This document shows positions 19,512 to 30,239 of a DNA stretch of 64,000 bases, piece by piece. The first letter of the stretch is position 1. Each line of letters starts with the position of its first letter. Both the position numbers and the translations under genes were made by a program. The notes below the pieces were generated by a model that did not search any database, had not been told where the DNA came from, and worked only from the letters and a program-made list of their open reading frames with translations. Source of the stretch: an uncultured Bacilli bacterium (GTDB lineage Bacteria > Bacillota_I > Bacilli_A > RF39 > UBA660); contig CAKPIT010000002.1 of the NCBI GenBank assembly GCA_934162445.1, positions 77,379-141,378 of the forward strand, in the 5' to 3' direction.

Positions 19512-19651
19512 AATATCTAATGAAAATTGGATATTTTTTCTTTTGTTTTTTCTAGAACAAACATTTGACTATTTAAATATAATATGTTATATTTTGGTAG
19601 GTTAATATTACATTTTTGTGGTATAATAATAGGGCTTTGAGGAGTGGTATT

Positions 19652-22462
19652 ATGGATAAAATAATTGTTAAAGGGGCACGAGAAAATAATCTTAAGAATG
19701 TGGATATTACGTTGCCTAAAAATAAATTAATTGTAATGACTGGTGTTAGTGGTAGTGGAAAGAGTTCTCTTGCTTTTGATACTATTTATGCGGAAGGGCA
19801 AAGACGATATGTTGAGAGTTTATCTTCTTATGCAAGACAGTTTTTAGGGGGAACGGAGAAGCCTTTAGTAGATTCTATTGAAGGACTTAGTCCAGCGATT
19901 AGTATTGATCAGAAAACAACTAGTAAGAATCCGCGTAGTACGGTTGGAACGGTAACAGAAATATATGATTATTTACGGCTTTTATTTGCAAGATGTGGGG
20001 TTCCTTATTGTCCGCATCATAATATTCCTATTAGTAGTCAAAGTATTGAAGAGATGACTAATAAGGTTTTAGAGCATGAAGAAGGAAGTAAAGTCATTAT
20101 TATGGCTCCAGTTGTTTATGGGGAAAAGGGAACACATAAAGAATTACTTGATACGCTTCGAAAAGAGGGGTATGTTAGAGTTAAAATCAATGGTGAAATG
20201 TTTGATCTTAGTGATGAGATTAATCTTGATAAAAATAAGAAATCTAATATTTTAGTGGTTATTGATCGTTTGGTTTTAAAAGAAGGAATTAGGAGTCGAG
20301 TTTTTGAATCACTTGAAGTTGCTAGTAAACTTAGTAAGGGAAAAGTAGTAATTGATTTCATGGGAGATAAGGAAGTAGTTTATTCTGAGGACTTTGCATG
20401 TCCTTATTGTGATTTTTCTCTTCCTGAGCTTGAACCGAGATTATTTAGTTTTAATGCACCATATGGGGCTTGTCCTGTTTGTAAGGGCCTTGGAATCAAG
20501 CTTAAGATTGATCCGGATTTAATTGTTCCTAATAAAGATTTAAGTTTAAAAGATGGGGCAATTGTAACGCTTGGTGATGATGTTGATAATATTTATTTTA
20601 AACGATTAGAATGTATGTGTAAGCATTATAAGATTAGTCTTACTAAACCTTTTAAGAAACTTAGTGAAGAAGAAGTTAATCTGATTTTTTATGGTAGTTT
20701 GGAACCTATTAGATTTCATTATAAGTCTAGAAGTGGTAATATTACAGATCAGATTGATTATTATGAGGGAATTATTAATAATTTAGAAAGACGATATATG
20801 GAAACTTCTAGTACATGGATTAGAGATTGGCTTCAAAATTATATGATTGAGCAAACTTGTAGTCACTGTCATGGAGCAAGACTTAGTGATGATGTTTTGG
20901 CCGTTAAAATTAATGGTAAAAATATTTATGAAATTACTTGTATGAGTATTAAAGAATTATTAGTATTTTTTGATGAGTTAAAGCTTAGTGATGAGAAAAT
21001 GAAGGTTGCGGAACTTATTTTAAATGAAATAAAGTCTAGATTATCTTTTTTAAATAATGTTGGTCTATCTTATTTAACACTTAGTCGTAGTGCTGGTACT
21101 TTATCTGGAGGGGAAGCACAACGAATTAGATTGGCAACGCAAATAGGTTCAAGACTTACGGGTGTTCTTTATGTTTTGGATGAACCTAGTATTGGTCTTC
21201 ATCAAAGAGATAATGATCGATTGATTAAATCATTACTTGAAATGCGTGATTTAGGTAATACATTAATTGTTGTAGAGCATGATACGGATACGATGCTTGC
21301 TGCTGATTATTTGGTTGATGTGGGGCCAAAAGCTGGAGATGAGGGTGGAAAAATTGTAGCTTATGGTACGCCTAAAGAAGTAATGAAAAATGAAAATAGT
21401 CTTACAGGACGTTATTTAAGTGGCAAAGAATGTATTGAAATACCAAAAACAAGAAGAAAAGGCAATGGTAAGTTTATTACTATTAAAGGGGCTAAAGAAA
21501 ATAACTTAAAAAATATTGATGTTAAAATACCACTTGGTAGGCTTGTGTTAGTAACAGGGGTTAGTGGTAGTGGTAAGAGTAGTTTAATTAATGAAATTCT
21601 GGTTAAAGCTGTAAGTAATAAATTATATAAATCAAAAGAAAAACCGGGTAAGTTTGATAAAATATTAGGTCTTGATAATATTGATAAGTTGGTGGCTATT
21701 TCGCAAAGCCCAATTGGAAGAACGCCTAGAAGTAATCCTGCTACTTATACTGGGGTATTTGATGATATTAGAGAGTTATTTACTAATACTAAAGAAGCTA
21801 AAATGTTAGGCTTTCAAAAAAATCGTTTTTCCTTTAATGTTAAGGGTGGAAGATGTGAAGCTTGTCGCGGTGATGGCGTTAAAAAGATTGAAATGCATTT
21901 CTTGCCAGATGTGTATGTTCCTTGTGAAGTTTGTCATGGAAGTAGGTATAATCAGGAAACTTTAAACATTTATTATAAAGGGAAAAACATTGCTGATGTT
22001 TTGGATATGCGTGTTAAAGAGGCTTTAGAGTTTTTTGATAATGTTCCAAAAATTAAAAATAAACTTAAGGTTTTGGAAGAAGTTGGACTTGGCTACATTA
22101 AGTTAGGACAGAGTGCTCCAACTTTATCAGGTGGAGAAGCAGAGAGAGTAAAACTTGCTAAAGAGTTACAAAAGAAGGCCACGGGAAAGACGCTATTTGT
22201 TCTTGATGAACCAACAACGGGCCTTCATGCTGATGATATTAAGAAGTTACTTGCAATTTTACAAAAAATAGTCGATAATAAAGATACAGTGGTTATCATT
22301 GAACATAACCTTGATGTTATTAAATGTGCAGATTACATTATTGATTTGGGTCCTGAAGGAGGAAATTTAGGAGGAACTGTGATAGCAGCAGGTACACCTT
22401 TAGAAATTATGAAAGTTAAAGAGTCATATACAGGACAATTTTTAAAAAAAATAATTAAGTAG
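19652..22462 (+). CDS. uvrA: Excinuclease ABC subunit A
   Basis: Two ABC modules (GVSGSGKSSL twice; LSGGE signatures twice) and zinc-finger Cys clusters. About 937 aa. The ATG at 19652 has a GAGGAG RBS. Confidence 0.95.
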   Translation: MDKIIVKGARENNLKNVDITLPKNKLIVMTGVSGSGKSSLAFDTIYAEGQRRYVESLSSYARQFLGGTEKPLVDSIEGLSPAISIDQKTTSKNPRSTVGTVTEIYDYLRLLFARCGVPYCPHHNIPISSQSIEEMTNKVLEHEEGSKVIIMAPVVYGEKGTHKELLDTLRKEGYVRVKINGEMFDLSDEINLDKNKKSNILVVIDRLVLKEGIRSRVFESLEVASKLSKGKVVIDFMGDKEVVYSEDFACPYCDFSLPELEPRLFSFNAPYGACPVCKGLGIKLKIDPDLIVPNKDLSLKDGAIVTLGDDVDNIYFKRLECMCKHYKISLTKPFKKLSEEEVNLIFYGSLEPIRFHYKSRSGNITDQIDYYEGIINNLERRYMETSSTWIRDWLQNYMIEQTCSHCHGARLSDDVLAVKINGKNIYEITCMSIKELLVFFDELKLSDEKMKVAELILNEIKSRLSFLNNVGLSYLTLSRSAGTLSGGEAQRIRLATQIGSRLTGVLYVLDEPSIGLHQRDNDRLIKSLLEMRDLGNTLIVVEHDTDTMLAADYLVDVGPKAGDEGGKIVAYGTPKEVMKNENSLTGRYLSGKECIEIPKTRRKGNGKFITIKGAKENNLKNIDVKIPLGRLVLVTGVSGSGKSSLINEILVKAVSNKLYKSKEKPGKFDKILGLDNIDKLVAISQSPIGRTPRSNPATYTGVFDDIRELFTNTKEAKMLGFQKNRFSFNVKGGRCEACRGDGVKKIEMHFLPDVYVPCEVCHGSRYNQETLNIYYKGKNIADVLDMRVKEALEFFDNVPKIKNKLKVLEEVGLGYIKLGQSAPTLSGGEAERVKLAKELQKKATGKTLFVLDEPTTGLHADDIKKLLAILQKIVDNKDTVVIIEHNLDVIKCADYIIDLGPEGGNLGGTVIAAGTPLEIMKVKESYTGQFLKKIIK

Positions 22463-22471
22463 GAGGAAACT

Positions 22472-22900
22472 ATGAAAATAATCGTTACAAATAAAGGTAA
22501 GGTCAGATTAAATTGGTTTTTAGAATGGCTTTTGTATTTCGGTGGTTATTGTCTAGTTTTCTTTTTGGTTTCTCTTTTCTTTAAATCTTTTTATGTGGAT
22601 AAAACGCATCCTTTTATATATGTTGTATTGGCTTCTTTTATCATATATATTTTAAATCAAACGTTGAAACCATTATTAGTTAGATTTACGATTCCGGTAA
22701 CGGCGTTAACACTTGGTCTTTTTTATCCGTTTATTAATTTATTTATTTTAAAGCTTACGGATTGGATTTTAGGACCGCATTTTCAACTTTATGATATTTG
22801 GGTAGCTTTGGTTATTTCTATTTTAATATCTATTGCTAATGTTTTGATTGAAGAAGTTTTAATTAAACCAATTATAAGAAGGGTTAAACAGCATGGATAA
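22472..22900 (+). CDS. DUF360/YvlD-like (holin-like) small membrane protein
   Basis: 142 aa with 4 TM helices. Resembles YvlD-family proteins found near uvrA in Bacillus. Confidence 0.45.
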   Translation: MKIIVTNKGKVRLNWFLEWLLYFGGYCLVFFLVSLFFKSFYVDKTHPFIYVVLASFIIYILNQTLKPLLVRFTIPVTALTLGLFYPFINLFILKLTDWILGPHFQLYDIWVALVISILISIANVLIEEVLIKPIIRRVKQHG

Positions 22901-23696
22901 AGGGTTTATTGATTTAGGATTTATTAAAATATATTATTATTCTATATGTATACTATTTGGTTTCTTGGCTGGAATTTTAGTTATTTATTTGGAATTAAGA
23001 AAAGAGAAAGATTGGGTTAAAAATAAAGAAGAATTTATTGATATTCTTTTTTATACTTTTCTTTGGGGATTAGTAGGGGCAAGAGTCTATTATGTTTTAT
23101 TTAATCTTTCTTATTATTTAGCTAATCCTTTAGAAATAGTTATGGTGTGGCATGGTGGTTTGGCTATTCATGGAGGAATACTTGGTGGTTTGGCTTATCT
23201 TTTTTATTATCATAAGTGCAAACGAAAGATTAATATTTTGAAGCTTTTAGATATTTTAGTTGTAGGCTTAATAATTGGACAGGCGATTGGAAGATGGGGT
23301 AATTTCTTTAATCATGAGGCTTATGGAGCAGTTTGTTCACTTGCTTCTTTAAAAAATCAACATATTCCTAGTTTTATTATTAAGGGAATGTATATTAATG
23401 GTAGTTATCATTATCCGACATTTTTTTATGAATCTATTTCTTCTTTTCTTGGCTTTTTAATTTTGTTTTTTGCTAAAAATAAAAAGGTGAAATTGGGACA
23501 ACTTTCAGGTATTTATTTAGTTTGGTATTCAATATCGCGTTTTTTTATTGAAGGAATGCGGCTTGATAGTTTAATGCTTGGACCATTAAGAGTGGCTCAG
23601 TTTGTATCTATTTGTTTGTTTTTAATTGGTATTTATTTACTTGGAAGAAGGAATACTAAATTATATCGGGAGGTTAATTTATATGATGAAGTTTGA
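22893..23696 (+). CDS. lgt: Prolipoprotein diacylglyceryl transferase
   Basis: Lgt signature WHGGLAIHGG and GRWGNFFNHE. About 267 aa and polytopic. Confidence 0.85.
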   Translation: MDKGFIDLGFIKIYYYSICILFGFLAGILVIYLELRKEKDWVKNKEEFIDILFYTFLWGLVGARVYYVLFNLSYYLANPLEIVMVWHGGLAIHGGILGGLAYLFYYHKCKRKINILKLLDILVVGLIIGQAIGRWGNFFNHEAYGAVCSLASLKNQHIPSFIIKGMYINGSYHYPTFFYESISSFLGFLILFFAKNKKVKLGQLSGIYLVWYSISRFFIEGMRLDSLMLGPLRVAQFVSICLFLIGIYLLGRRNTKLYREVNLYDEV

Positions 23697-24555
23697 TGTT
23701 GGAATTATTGGGTCTGGTGTGGCAGGAATGACTGCGGCTATTTATTTGAAAAGAGCAGGACTTAAGATTGTTATTTTTGAGAAAAATATGCCGGGAGGAC
23801 AGTTGATAAATAATAGCGAGATTGAAAATTATCCCGGTTTTGATAGGATAAGTGGCAGTGATTTAGCTCTTAAAATTTTAAAGCAGGTAAAAAATCTTGA
23901 TATTTTGGTGAAATATGAAGAAGTTGTTGAAGTTGGTAAAGATAAAATTATTACTACTTTAAAAGGAAAATATGCTTGTGATTATATTATTGTGGCTACG
24001 GGAAGATCTCCACGAAAGCTTGATGTTTTGCCTCATGATAATAATAAGGGAATTAGCTACTGTGCGGTTTGTGATGGTAGTTTGTATAAAAATAAAAGAG
24101 TGTTGGTAGTAGGGGGTGGCGATAGTGCTTTTGAAGGGGCTCTTTATCTTAGTAGAATTGCTAAGGAAGTAACTATTTTATATCGAAGTGAAGTTAGAAG
24201 TAAGAATGATTTACAAAAGAGAGTGAAGGATACTTCAAATATTAAATTGGAAAAAGGAAATATTAAAGAAATTAAAAGGATTAGTGATAATACTTTTGAA
24301 GTGTATACGGATTCTTCCTTACTTGCTGTTGATGGAATATTTGTTTATATTGGCATGATTCCACAAAATGATTTCTTAAAACCACTTGATATTTTGGATG
24401 ATATGGGGTATGTTGTTGTAGATAATAATTATGAAACACAAGTTGACTTTATTTATGCAGTAGGAGATTCTTTAAAAAAAGATTTTTATCAAATTGTGAT
24501 GGCTGAGAGTGAAGGTGCTTATGTGGCTTTAAAAATAATTAATGATTATAATTAG
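23683..24555 (+). CDS. trxB: Thioredoxin-disulfide reductase
   Basis: FAD motif DVGIIGSGVAGMTAA. Redox-active CAVCDG motif. NADPH motif VVGGGDSA. The ATG at 23683 has a GGGAGG RBS. Confidence 0.85.
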   Translation: MMKFDVGIIGSGVAGMTAAIYLKRAGLKIVIFEKNMPGGQLINNSEIENYPGFDRISGSDLALKILKQVKNLDILVKYEEVVEVGKDKIITTLKGKYACDYIIVATGRSPRKLDVLPHDNNKGISYCAVCDGSLYKNKRVLVVGGGDSAFEGALYLSRIAKEVTILYRSEVRSKNDLQKRVKDTSNIKLEKGNIKEIKRISDNTFEVYTDSSLLAVDGIFVYIGMIPQNDFLKPLDILDDMGYVVVDNNYETQVDFIYAVGDSLKKDFYQIVMAESEGAYVALKIINDYN

Positions 24556-24566
24556 GATGGTGGTTT

Positions 24567-25520
24567 TTGGTGAATAAAAAAGTAGTAGTTTTTGGAGGAG
24601 GAACGGGGCTTTCCTATTTGCTTAGGGGCCTTAAAGATTTTCCTCTTGATATAACAGCTGTAATTACTGTTTCTGATAGTGGAAAGAGTACGGGAAAGTT
24701 GCGGGAAGAGTTTCATGTTCCAGCTGTTGGAGATATTAGACATGTATTGAGTAGTTTATCTAGTACGGATGATAATATAAAAAAAATGCTTGAATACCGT
24801 TTTAATACTACCAGTGATTTAGATGGTCATGCCCTTGGTAATTTGATTCTTATTTCTCTTTTGAATATTACAGGTAGTTTAAAAGAATCAATTGAAGATT
24901 TATCAACTCTTTTAGATATTAAAGATAAAGTTTTACCATTAACGGAAGAAGCTGATATTACTCTTATGGCGGAGACTAAGGATGGTAATATTATTGAAGG
25001 GGAAGAGAATATTACCCTTTCAACTTCTAATATTAAAAGATTATTTTATAAAAGGGAGCCAAAGATTCTTGATGATGTTAAAATGGCAATTAAGGAAGCA
25101 GATTTAATTATTTTTAGTATGGGTAGTTTGTATACCAGTTTACTACCTCATCTTATTTCTAAAGATATAATTAAATGTTTTGATCAAAGTAATGCTCCTA
25201 TTATGTATTTATGTAATATTGTAACGCAACCGGGGGAAACGGATGGTTTTTCAGTTAGTGATCATATTAAATTAATTAATGGTTATTTAGGAAATCATAA
25301 GTTGAATGTAGTTATTGCTTCTAATTCTAAAATAAGCGAAGAAATGGCTTTAAGATATGCTAATAAGGAACAAAAAGATCCTGTTAAAATTGATTATCCA
25401 GTGTTAGCTAGGTGTGATGTTGAGTTAATAGAAGCCGATCTTTTGACGATTAGTGATAATACTTTAAAACATCATAGTCAAAAACTTAGTGCGTTAATAT
25501 TTTCATATTTGATGAGGTAG
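24567..25520 (+). CDS. yvcK: YvcK/GlmR (CofD-like, UPF0052) gluconeogenesis factor
   Basis: VVFGGGTGLSYLLRGLK N-terminal motif. Synteny yvcK-whiA. Confidence 0.8.
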   Translation: MVNKKVVVFGGGTGLSYLLRGLKDFPLDITAVITVSDSGKSTGKLREEFHVPAVGDIRHVLSSLSSTDDNIKKMLEYRFNTTSDLDGHALGNLILISLLNITGSLKESIEDLSTLLDIKDKVLPLTEEADITLMAETKDGNIIEGEENITLSTSNIKRLFYKREPKILDDVKMAIKEADLIIFSMGSLYTSLLPHLISKDIIKCFDQSNAPIMYLCNIVTQPGETDGFSVSDHIKLINGYLGNHKLNVVIASNSKISEEMALRYANKEQKDPVKIDYPVLARCDVELIEADLLTISDNTLKHHSQKLSALIFSYLMR

Positions 25521-25523
25521 ATT

Positions 25524-26438
25524 ATGTCATTTACAGTTAAAGTTAAAGAAGAAGTTATAGGTAATAAATTAAGTGAACCGGCTAAAGTATCATTTATTTC
25601 GGGATTTATTCGTAATAATTATCAAATAATTGATAATAATATAGTGTTTAGTAATGAGAATTTTGCAGTTATTGATTATTTAAAACAATTATTTGATAGT
25701 TATGATGAAATTAAATATAAAGAACTGGTCCTTGATAATAATAATTTTAGTAAAAATAAACTTATTGGTTTAGAGATAATTAAGGGAAAAGAATTTCTTG
25801 ATGAAACGTTTTGTCTTTTTAAAGAAGTTATTGCATCATATTTAGTTAGTAGTGATGATGAGGTTAAGGGATATTTAAAGGGGGCATTTGTCAGTAGTGG
25901 TAGTATTAACGATCCTAAAACTAGTAGATATCATTTGGAATTTTTTGTTGATAGACCTCAAGAAGCGGTGTTTATTCAAAAATTATTAAATAAATATATG
26001 TTAAATGCTAAATTATTAGATCGTGATAGAGGATTTATGCTTTATGTAAAAGAAGCTGATAAGATTAGTGATTTTTTGAAGATTTTAGGATGTAATAAGG
26101 CTGTTTTGTATTATGAAGATGTTAGAGTTTATCGAGATAAAAAGAATAAGATAAATAGAATAAATAATTGTGAACAGGCTAATATGGATAAAGTTATTAA
26201 GACGGCGTTTATGCAACTTGATAATATTGAAGTGTTAGAGAAAAATGATGCTACTGTACTTTTAGATGATAAATTAATGGAGGCATTAAAGTATCGTAAG
26301 AAGTATCCTGAAGTATCATTAAAAGAACTTAGTGGGATTATTAGTTTGGAAACGGGAAAAAAGATTACGAAATCAGGTCTTAATCATCGGTTTCGTAAGA
26401 TTAAAGAATTGGCTAGTCATTTTGAAAAAAAAGATTAA
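25524..26438 (+). CDS. whiA: Sporulation/cell-division regulator WhiA
   Basis: 304 aa. The LAGLIDADG-like N-terminal domain has degenerate motifs. C-terminal HTH (KISDFLKILG...). Follows yvcK. Confidence 0.8.
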   Translation: MSFTVKVKEEVIGNKLSEPAKVSFISGFIRNNYQIIDNNIVFSNENFAVIDYLKQLFDSYDEIKYKELVLDNNNFSKNKLIGLEIIKGKEFLDETFCLFKEVIASYLVSSDDEVKGYLKGAFVSSGSINDPKTSRYHLEFFVDRPQEAVFIQKLLNKYMLNAKLLDRDRGFMLYVKEADKISDFLKILGCNKAVLYYEDVRVYRDKKNKINRINNCEQANMDKVIKTAFMQLDNIEVLEKNDATVLLDDKLMEALKYRKKYPEVSLKELSGIISLETGKKITKSGLNHRFRKIKELASHFEKKD

Positions 26439-26480
26439 AAATGTTAAAAGCATTGTTAAAGGGATCATTATTTAAGTAGT

Positions 26481-26508
26481 CAATGCAGTTATGCATTGGC
26501 TATTTTTT
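26481..26508. terminator. Hairpin terminator after whiA
   Basis: CAATGCA-gtta-TGCATTG perfect 7-bp stem followed by a T-run. Confidence 0.6.
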
Positions 26509-26510
26509 AA

Positions 26511-26759
26511 TTACTTTAATAAAATTATTATTACCCTCAATAAAACTTTAGGAAGATAATGTTTATATAATTTTTGAGTTTTATAGTAAAAGTCCATAAT
26601 TCTTTCAATAGTATTAGGAGAAACATTATTATCTGAAGCTATATCTTTTTCAGAATGTTTTTTAACTAAGTCCCTAGCTATCTTATGTTTAGTATTATTA
26701 GAAATAAAACAACTATAGTTAGTAATAGAAGTTGATAGAGTTAAACACTCTACACACAC
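26511..26759 (-). pseudogene. ISL3-family transposase internal fragment (remnant)
   Basis: The 82 aa ORF aligns with the ISL3 Tnp zinc-finger/HTH region (C.EC..LSTS...FISNN; DIA...VSPNTIERI..F....LPKVL, matching LPEVL in ISL3). It is truncated at both ends against the clpP terminator and the whiA terminator. Confidence 0.45.
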
Positions 26760-26803
26760 TAAAAATTATACATCCTAAAGAAAAAGAAGAGCAAATCTTC
26801 TTT

Positions 26804-27400
26804 TTATAATATTTTATCAATTAAACCATATTTTTTAGCTTCATGGGCACTTAGAAAGTAGTCACGATCGGTATCTTTTTCTATTTTTGTTAGACTTTGA
26901 TTGGTGTTTTTAGCTAGGATTTCATTTAATTTTTTCTTGGTTTTTAGAATGTGTTCGGCGGCAATTTTAATTTCGGTTGCTTGACCTTCGGCTCCACCTA
27001 GGGGTTGATGGATCATTACTTCACTGTTGGGAAGGCAATATCTTTTTCCTTTTTGTCCACTTGATAATAAAAAGGCACCCATGGAAGCGGCTAGACCTAT
27101 ACAGATAGTAGATACATCACTTTTTATAGTATTCATGGTGTCATATATGGCAAATCCGGCGGTTACGGAACCTCCTTCTGAATTTATATAAAGAGATATA
27201 TCATTATGGTTTATGGAATCTAAGTATAATAATTCGGCTATGATGATATTGGCTGTTTCGGTAGTGATTGCTCCACTTAACATAACAATACGATTTTTTA
27301 ATAGCTTGGAAAAAATATCATAGCTTCGTTCTCCATTTATTTCTTTATCAATAATCATTGGAATTAAATTCATTTTATCACCTACTTTATATATATCCAT
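26804..27400 (-). CDS. clpP: ATP-dependent Clp protease proteolytic subunit
   Basis: ClpP catalytic-triad context ([17 protein letters not shown]). 198 aa. Opposite orientation to its neighbours. Confidence 0.9.
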   Translation of the reverse strand: MDIYKVGDKMNLIPMIIDKEINGERSYDIFSKLLKNRIVMLSGAITTETANIIIAELLYLDSINHNDISLYINSEGGSVTAGFAIYDTMNTIKSDVSTICIGLAASMGAFLLSSGQKGKRYCLPNSEVMIHQPLGGAEGQATEIKIAAEHILKTKKKLNEILAKNTNQSLTKIEKDTDRDYFLSAHEAKKYGLIDKIL

Positions 27401-27482
27401 AAATATTTTTATTTATACCCTACAAGATTAGTCAAAATAATTAGACAATGAATGGTAAGTTTGATATAATTAACTGTAGAAT

Positions 27483-29153
27483 ATGAGGTTGGATAAAATG
27501 ATTGAAGAGGTTAAAGTTACAATTAATTCTAAAGAAGAGATGGTCGTACGTGGTACTACTTTGTTACAACTAAGTAAAAAATATCAAAAAGATTATCGCT
27601 TTCCAGTCGTTATTGCTAGTGTTAATAATGTATATAGGGAACTTAGTTATGTTATTAATGATCCGTGTGGTATTGTTTTTTATGATCTTAATTCTCGGGT
27701 TGGTAATAGGGCTTATATTGCGGGATTAACTTTTTTATTAGTAGTAGCTGTTAAAGAGAAGTTTGGACTTGATGCTTCTATTAAAGTTATGCATTCACTT
27801 GATAAGGGAATTTATATAGAAACATCTTTTCCGCTTACTGAGACTATTTTAAGATCTATTGCTAGAAAAATGGTTAGTTTAGTGGAACTTGATTTAGATA
27901 TTACAAAGGTAAGTGTGGAAAGAATATCGGCTATTCATTATTTTGAAAGTATTAATGATCTTGCAAAGGCTAAGGTTATGAAATATAACACTAACACATT
28001 TATAACGCTTTATCGATTGGGTAATTATTATAATTATTTTTATCATCAAATGCCTCCTAATACGGGATGTTTGAAGGATTTTAAATTAACTTATATAAAT
28101 GATAATGGTTTTGTTTTGCAATTTCCAACTATTTACTCTAATAATCAAATCAAATCTTATGTTCATCATGAAAATATGTTTAAAGTATTTAAAGAATGTC
28201 ATGATTGGACAAAATTGATGAAGATTGAGACGATTGCGGATTTAAATGAAGTAATTAGTACGGGTAATATTGCTGATTTAATTAGGATTGATGAAACGCT
28301 TCAAAGTAATAGACTTTTAAATTTGGCTCGGGAAATAGTTAAGAGTAAGAAGGATAAAAAAATTATTTTGTTAGCAGGTCCTTCTTCGAGTGGTAAGACG
28401 ACTACGACGACTAAGCTTTGTATGTACTTAAGAAGTTTTGGTCTTAATCCTAAAATGATTAGTATGGATAATTATTTTTTAGAACGGGATAAAACGCCTG
28501 TTAATAGCAAAGGTGAGAAGGATTTTGAATGTTTTGAAGCGGTTGATAATAAGCTTTTGACGAAACAGATTAAGGAATTACTTGATGGCAAAGAAGTAGT
28601 TATTCCTATTTATAATTTCAAGGAGGGTAAAAAAGAGTTTAAGGAAAAGCTTGAACTTAATAAGAATGATATTTTATTAATTGAGGGAATTCATGCTTTA
28701 AATCCATTGGTTTTAAAAGATATTCCTATGAAAAATAAATATAAGATTTATTTATCGGCTCTTACAGAGCTTAATATTGATAATCATAATAGATTTCCAA
28801 CGACAGATAATAGGTTATTAAGAAGAATTATTAGGGATAATAGGACAAGAGGCTATAATGTTGTTAATACTTTAAGTGCATGGCCTAATGTAAGACTTGG
28901 GGAGGAGAAGTATATTTTTCCTTATCAAGATGAAGCGGATGCGACAGTTAATACGGCTTTAATTTACGAGCTTGCAGTTCTTAAAACTTATGTTGAGCCA
29001 TTATTATTTTCTGTTAATGAAGATTCTGTGTATTATGAAGAGGCAAAGAGGCTTTTAAATGTTTTAAGACTTATTTTGCCTATTCCTAGTGAAAGTATTC
29101 CTGATGATTCTATTATTAGGGAATTTATTGGGGGTAGTTGTTTCCATGATTAA
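27483..29153 (+). CDS. Uridine kinase-family protein with an N-terminal ThrRS-like TGS domain
   Basis: N-terminal TGS-like beta-grasp (VTINSKEEMVVRGTTLLQL). P-loop LLAGPSSSGKTTTTTKL and a phosphoribulokinase/uridine-kinase core. Architecture as in the Firmicutes Udk-TGS fusion proteins. Confidence 0.7.
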   Translation: MRLDKMIEEVKVTINSKEEMVVRGTTLLQLSKKYQKDYRFPVVIASVNNVYRELSYVINDPCGIVFYDLNSRVGNRAYIAGLTFLLVVAVKEKFGLDASIKVMHSLDKGIYIETSFPLTETILRSIARKMVSLVELDLDITKVSVERISAIHYFESINDLAKAKVMKYNTNTFITLYRLGNYYNYFYHQMPPNTGCLKDFKLTYINDNGFVLQFPTIYSNNQIKSYVHHENMFKVFKECHDWTKLMKIETIADLNEVISTGNIADLIRIDETLQSNRLLNLAREIVKSKKDKKIILLAGPSSSGKTTTTTKLCMYLRSFGLNPKMISMDNYFLERDKTPVNSKGEKDFECFEAVDNKLLTKQIKELLDGKEVVIPIYNFKEGKKEFKEKLELNKNDILLIEGIHALNPLVLKDIPMKNKYKIYLSALTELNIDNHNRFPTTDNRLLRRIIRDNRTRGYNVVNTLSAWPNVRLGEEKYIFPYQDEADATVNTALIYELAVLKTYVEPLLFSVNEDSVYYEEAKRLLNVLRLILPIPSESIPDDSIIREFIGGSCFHD

Positions 29154-29155
29154 TA

Positions 29156-29176
29156 GAGCTTTGGCTCTTTTTTTAA
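29156..29176 (+). terminator. Terminator after the udk-like gene
   Basis: AGAGC-tttg-GCTCT followed by T7. Short stem. Confidence 0.4.
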
Positions 29177-29196
29177 TCTTTTTATAAAATGATTGA

Positions 29197-29226
29197 CATT
29201 GAGTAAAGTTAGTGATATATTATTGT
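29197..29226 (+). promoter_or_regulatory. Candidate sigma-A promoter for the rpsL operon
   Basis: TTGACA then about 17 nt then TATATT, upstream of rpsL. Confidence 0.4.
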
Positions 29227-29325
29227 TGCTTGTTTAAATTTAGTTTTGCTTTGGGCAAAACTTTATTTAGAGGTGAATATGATACACGTGGATATGTGTA
29301 AAGAAAGGAGTTAATGAATACAATG

Positions 29326-29736
29326 CCTACAATCAATCAATTAGTTCGTAAAGGTAGAAAGAATAAGACTCGTAAGAGTAAGGCTCCAGTACTTTTAGTA
29401 GGAGTTAATACAATTAGAAGAAAACAAACAAATAATCCATCTCCTCAAAAGCGTGGGGTATGTACAAGGGTTGGTACTAAAACACCTAAGAAACCAAACT
29501 CAGCTTTAAGAAAGTATGCGCGTGTTCGTTTATCTAATGGTAAGGAAGTAGATACTTATATTCCGGGAATTGGACATAACTTACAAGAGCATAGTGTTGT
29601 ATTAGTACGTGGTGGTCGTGTTAAGGACTTAATCGGTGTTCGTTATCATGTTATCCGTGGTACTTTAGATACTGCTGGTGTTAAGGATAGAAAACAAGGT
29701 CGTAGTAAATACGGTGCTAAAAAACCTAAAAAATAG
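29326..29736 (+). CDS. rpsL: 30S ribosomal protein S12
   Basis: [12 protein letters not shown]... is near-universal S12 sequence. The ATG at 29326 is preferred over the track start. Confidence 0.95.
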   Translation, partial: PTINQLVRKGRKNKTRKSKAPVLLVGVNTIRRKQTNNPSPQKRGVCTRVGTKTPKKPNSALRKYARVRLSNGKEVDTYIPGIGHNLQEHSVVLVRGGRVKDLIGVRYHVIRGTLDTAGVKDRKQGRSKYGAKKPKK

Positions 29737-29759
29737 TAGAAAGTAAGGAGGAAAAAACT

Positions 29760-30227
29760 ATGCGTAAAAGACGTGCAGTTAAAAGAGATATTTTACCAGA
29801 TCCTATTTATAAGTCTAAAACCGTTGCTAAACTTGTTAATACGATTATGTTAGATGGTAAAAAGGGAACAGCGCAAACAATCGTTTATGAAGCGTTTGAT
29901 ATTGCTCATAATAAAACTGGTAAAGATCCGCTTGAAGTATTTAATCAAGCGATGGAAAATATTAAGCCACTTTTAGAGGTTAAGTCTAGAAGAGTTGGTG
30001 GTGCTAATTATCAAGTTCCTCAAGAAGTTACTCCACAAAGAGCTGAAGCTTTAGCTCTTAGATGGTTAGTGACTTTCTCACGTAAACGTGGTGGTCGTGG
30101 AATGGCTGATAATTTAGCTAGTGAAATTATGGATGCAGCTAATGGAACTGGTGCTGCTGTTAAAAAACGTGAAGATACCCATAGAATGGCAGAAGCTAAT
30201 AAGGCTTATGCTCATTATCGTTGGTAG
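29760..30227 (+). CDS. rpsG: 30S ribosomal protein S7
   Basis: 155 aa with a conserved S7 sequence. Confidence 0.95.
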   Translation: MRKRRAVKRDILPDPIYKSKTVAKLVNTIMLDGKKGTAQTIVYEAFDIAHNKTGKDPLEVFNQAMENIKPLLEVKSRRVGGANYQVPQEVTPQRAEALALRWLVTFSRKRGGRGMADNLASEIMDAANGTGAAVKKREDTHRMAEANKAYAHYRW

Positions 30228-30239
30228 AAAGGATAATAT

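Noticed and set aside
19555-19575. LexA/Cheo-box-like sequence AGAACAAACATTTG upstream of uvrA.
   Set aside because: The second half-site (ATTT against GTTC) has two mismatches, which is too weak to call without a genome-wide motif model.
27401-27482. Possible CtsR operator (AGTCAAAATAATTAGACAAT) in the clpP / udk-like divergent region.
   Set aside because: Only the first heptad matches (A/G)GTCAAA. The second repeat does not, and no ctsR gene is evident in the window.
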